Shown here: positions 62,258 to 64,000 of the stretch, in pieces
Layout of the letters: each line of letters starts with the position of its first letter
How positions within the stretch are numbered: the stretch's first letter is position 1
Assembly (NCBI RefSeq): GCF_001194135.2
Contig: NC_068984.1
Location: 121,955,205 to 122,019,204, forward strand
DNA: 64,000 nt
Direction of reading: 5' to 3'
Origin: Octopus bimaculoides
Lineage: Eukaryota
The notes under the pieces: model-generated
The model's input: only the letters and a program-made list of their open reading frames with translations
Told to the model about the DNA's origin: nothing
Database searches by the model: none
Program-made: the position numbers and the translations under genes

Positions 62258-62669
62258 GGCATGAGAGTGGCTGTGTGGTAAGTAACTTGTGTACCAACCA
62301 CATGGTTCCGGGTTCAGTCCAACTGTGTGGCACCTTGGGCAAGTGTCTTCTACTATAGCCTCGGGCCGACCAAAGCCTTGTGAGTGGATTTGGCAGACGG
62401 AAACAGAAAGAAGCCCGTCGTATATATGTATATATGTGTGTGTGTGTATATGTTTGTGTGTCTGTTTGTCTCCCCAACATCGCTTGACAACCGATGCTGG
62501 TGTGTTTACGTCCCCGTAACTTAGTGGTTTGGCAAAAGAGACCGATAGAATAAGTACTAGGCTTCCAAAGAATAAGTCCTGGGGTCGATTTACTCGACTA
62601 AAGGCGGTGCTCCAGCATGGCCGCAGTCAAATGACTGAAACAAGTAAAAGAGTAAAAGAGAGTAAAGAG
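62258..62669 (+). mobile_element. Family-A tRNA-derived CORE-like SINE, best-preserved full-length copy
   Basis: tRNA-like head (GTGGCTGTGTGGTAAG ... GGTTCAGTCC), CORE-like GTGGCACCTTGGGCAAGTGTCTT, internal (TA)(TG)n, tail ..GCATGGCCGCAGTCAAATGACTGAAACAAGTAAAAGA. More than 20 fragments occur in the window. Resembles octopus OR-type SINEs as I recall them. Confidence 0.85.
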
Positions 62670-63031
62670 GTGGGTCCTTTTATACAATATCCTGGCAAAA
62701 ATTTCAAGTCCAGGTTGCTCTTGATATGTGTGTGTGTGTGTGTACATTTATATATGTGTGTGTGTGCATATATATGTATGAATATATCATCATCATCATT
62801 ATCATCGTTTTAACAAATACATTTCCATGCTTGCATGGATTGAGCATATTTAAGTAATTTTTTTATGGTTAGATGTTCCTCCTGTGTCAATGCTCGCCGA
62901 TTTCCAAGCACAGAAATATTTCCCCATGGTCCTACATGTTTTTCATGGAAGACTGGAAATGAACGACACTGCTTGTATGACCGTGATGCTCATTTACAAC
63001 CACCATGTAATGTCAATATATATATATACAT

Positions 63032-63096
<65 letters not shown>

Positions 63097-63647
63097 CATA
63101 TATACATATACAACAGGCTTCTTTCAGTTTCCATCTACCAAATCCACTCACAAGGCTTTGGTTAGCTCGAGGCTATAGCGGAAGAGACTTGCCCAAGTAG
63201 GACTGAACCCAGAACCATGTGGTTGGTAAGTAATCTACTTGCCACATAGCCACTCCTGCACCTATATATTTGCCAAATGTGCCCAGGTATTTTGGAGTGA
63301 TTAACACAATTAACAACAGTCTTCAAATTTTACAGTAATGCTACAGCATAAAGCAGTGAACTGTTCCATTACTTTGATGCTTACTTACAGCATCATCATG
63401 GCACATAGTACAGAGCAAATGACAAGATGTGAAGTACTGATTAAATTTCATAACTTGTTTAGTAACCTATTGATTTCTCTCATATTGAAATTGTAAATTT
63501 TGACACTTGGCATGTGGATGTTGCTCTTCAATCTTGGGCTGCAGATGTCTGATTGTTGTATATCATTGTGGTTAGAGTAAACACTTAACAACACAGATCA
63601 GGTATGTTTTTGTTGTTCATAAATTTTAATCTGCCCAGGAATTGGTT

Positions 63648-64000
63648 GGAGTTGACAGTACCAGGGTAGATAAAGCAATTAAGAGTATGAAGACAGGGAA
63701 AGCCCCCGGCCCATCAGGAATCACTGCAGAGATGCTCAAAATATCTGGCAGTGTTGGCTACAGCCTAGTCACCCGTATTACGAACCAGGTGATACACGAA
63801 GGAGTCATACCCAATGACTGGTGTAGCAGCACCATAGTAAACTGCTACAAAGGTAAAGGTGACGCTTTAGACACTAATAATTACAGAGGCATCAAGCTGT
63901 TAGATCAGGTTATGAAAGTTATGGAGAGGGTCATAGCCCAACTAATTAGGGAGCAAATCAATTTAGATGAGATGCAGTTTGGGTTCGTGCCAGGTAAAAG
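63648..64000 (+). mobile_element. Young, 5'-truncated RTE-clade LINE; open reverse-transcriptase frame running off the window
   Basis: Uninterrupted frame GVDSTRVDKAIKSMKTGKAPGPSGITAEMLKISGSVGYSLVTRITNQVIHEGVIPNDWCSSTIVNCYKGKGDALDTNNYRGIKLLDQVMKVMERVIAQLIREQINLDEMQFGFVPGK (RT domains 0-2). Confidence 0.9.

Noticed and set aside
63545-63606. Plus-strand CAG|...CAG|GTATGT exon-like segment
   Set aside because: Stops in all three frames and no supporting neighbouring exons.

Overview
AT-rich, microsatellite-dense animal genomic DNA with 8 assembly gaps. The SINE families and repeat landscape suggest an octopus or other coleoid cephalopod; this is inference, not a database result. Only one host protein-coding segment is well supported: the first coding exon of DUS4L (tRNA-dihydrouridine 20a/20b synthase) on the minus strand at 6106-6257. 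It is absent from the ORF track, and a decayed partial duplicate lies about 1.7 kb further along the gene. There is one decayed tRNA-Lys(CTT) gene. The rest is a transposon mosaic. DNA elements: mariner DD34D (full length, two nonsense codons), maT DD37D, TRT-like Tc1 DD37E with ~178-bp TIRs, two pogo/Tigger remnants, a hAT transposase remnant, and hAT, TTAA-type and fold-back MITEs. Retroelements: several RTE LINE copies of different ages, an R4/Dong-clade fragment sitting in (TAA)n repeats, Penelope-like fragments with hammerhead-ribozyme-like folds, and at least four SINE-like families. The most unusual observations are the two degenerate minimal hammerhead motifs, a CpG-rich fold-back MITE with telomeric TTAGGG repeats in both arms and a 9-bp TSD, a (TAA)n-centred cluster of SINEs plus a Dong-like LINE, and a CpG-retaining domain at ~53-57 kb that may mark a promoter. 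Family letters A-D are my own working labels. Boundaries of decayed repeats are approximate (tens of bp).
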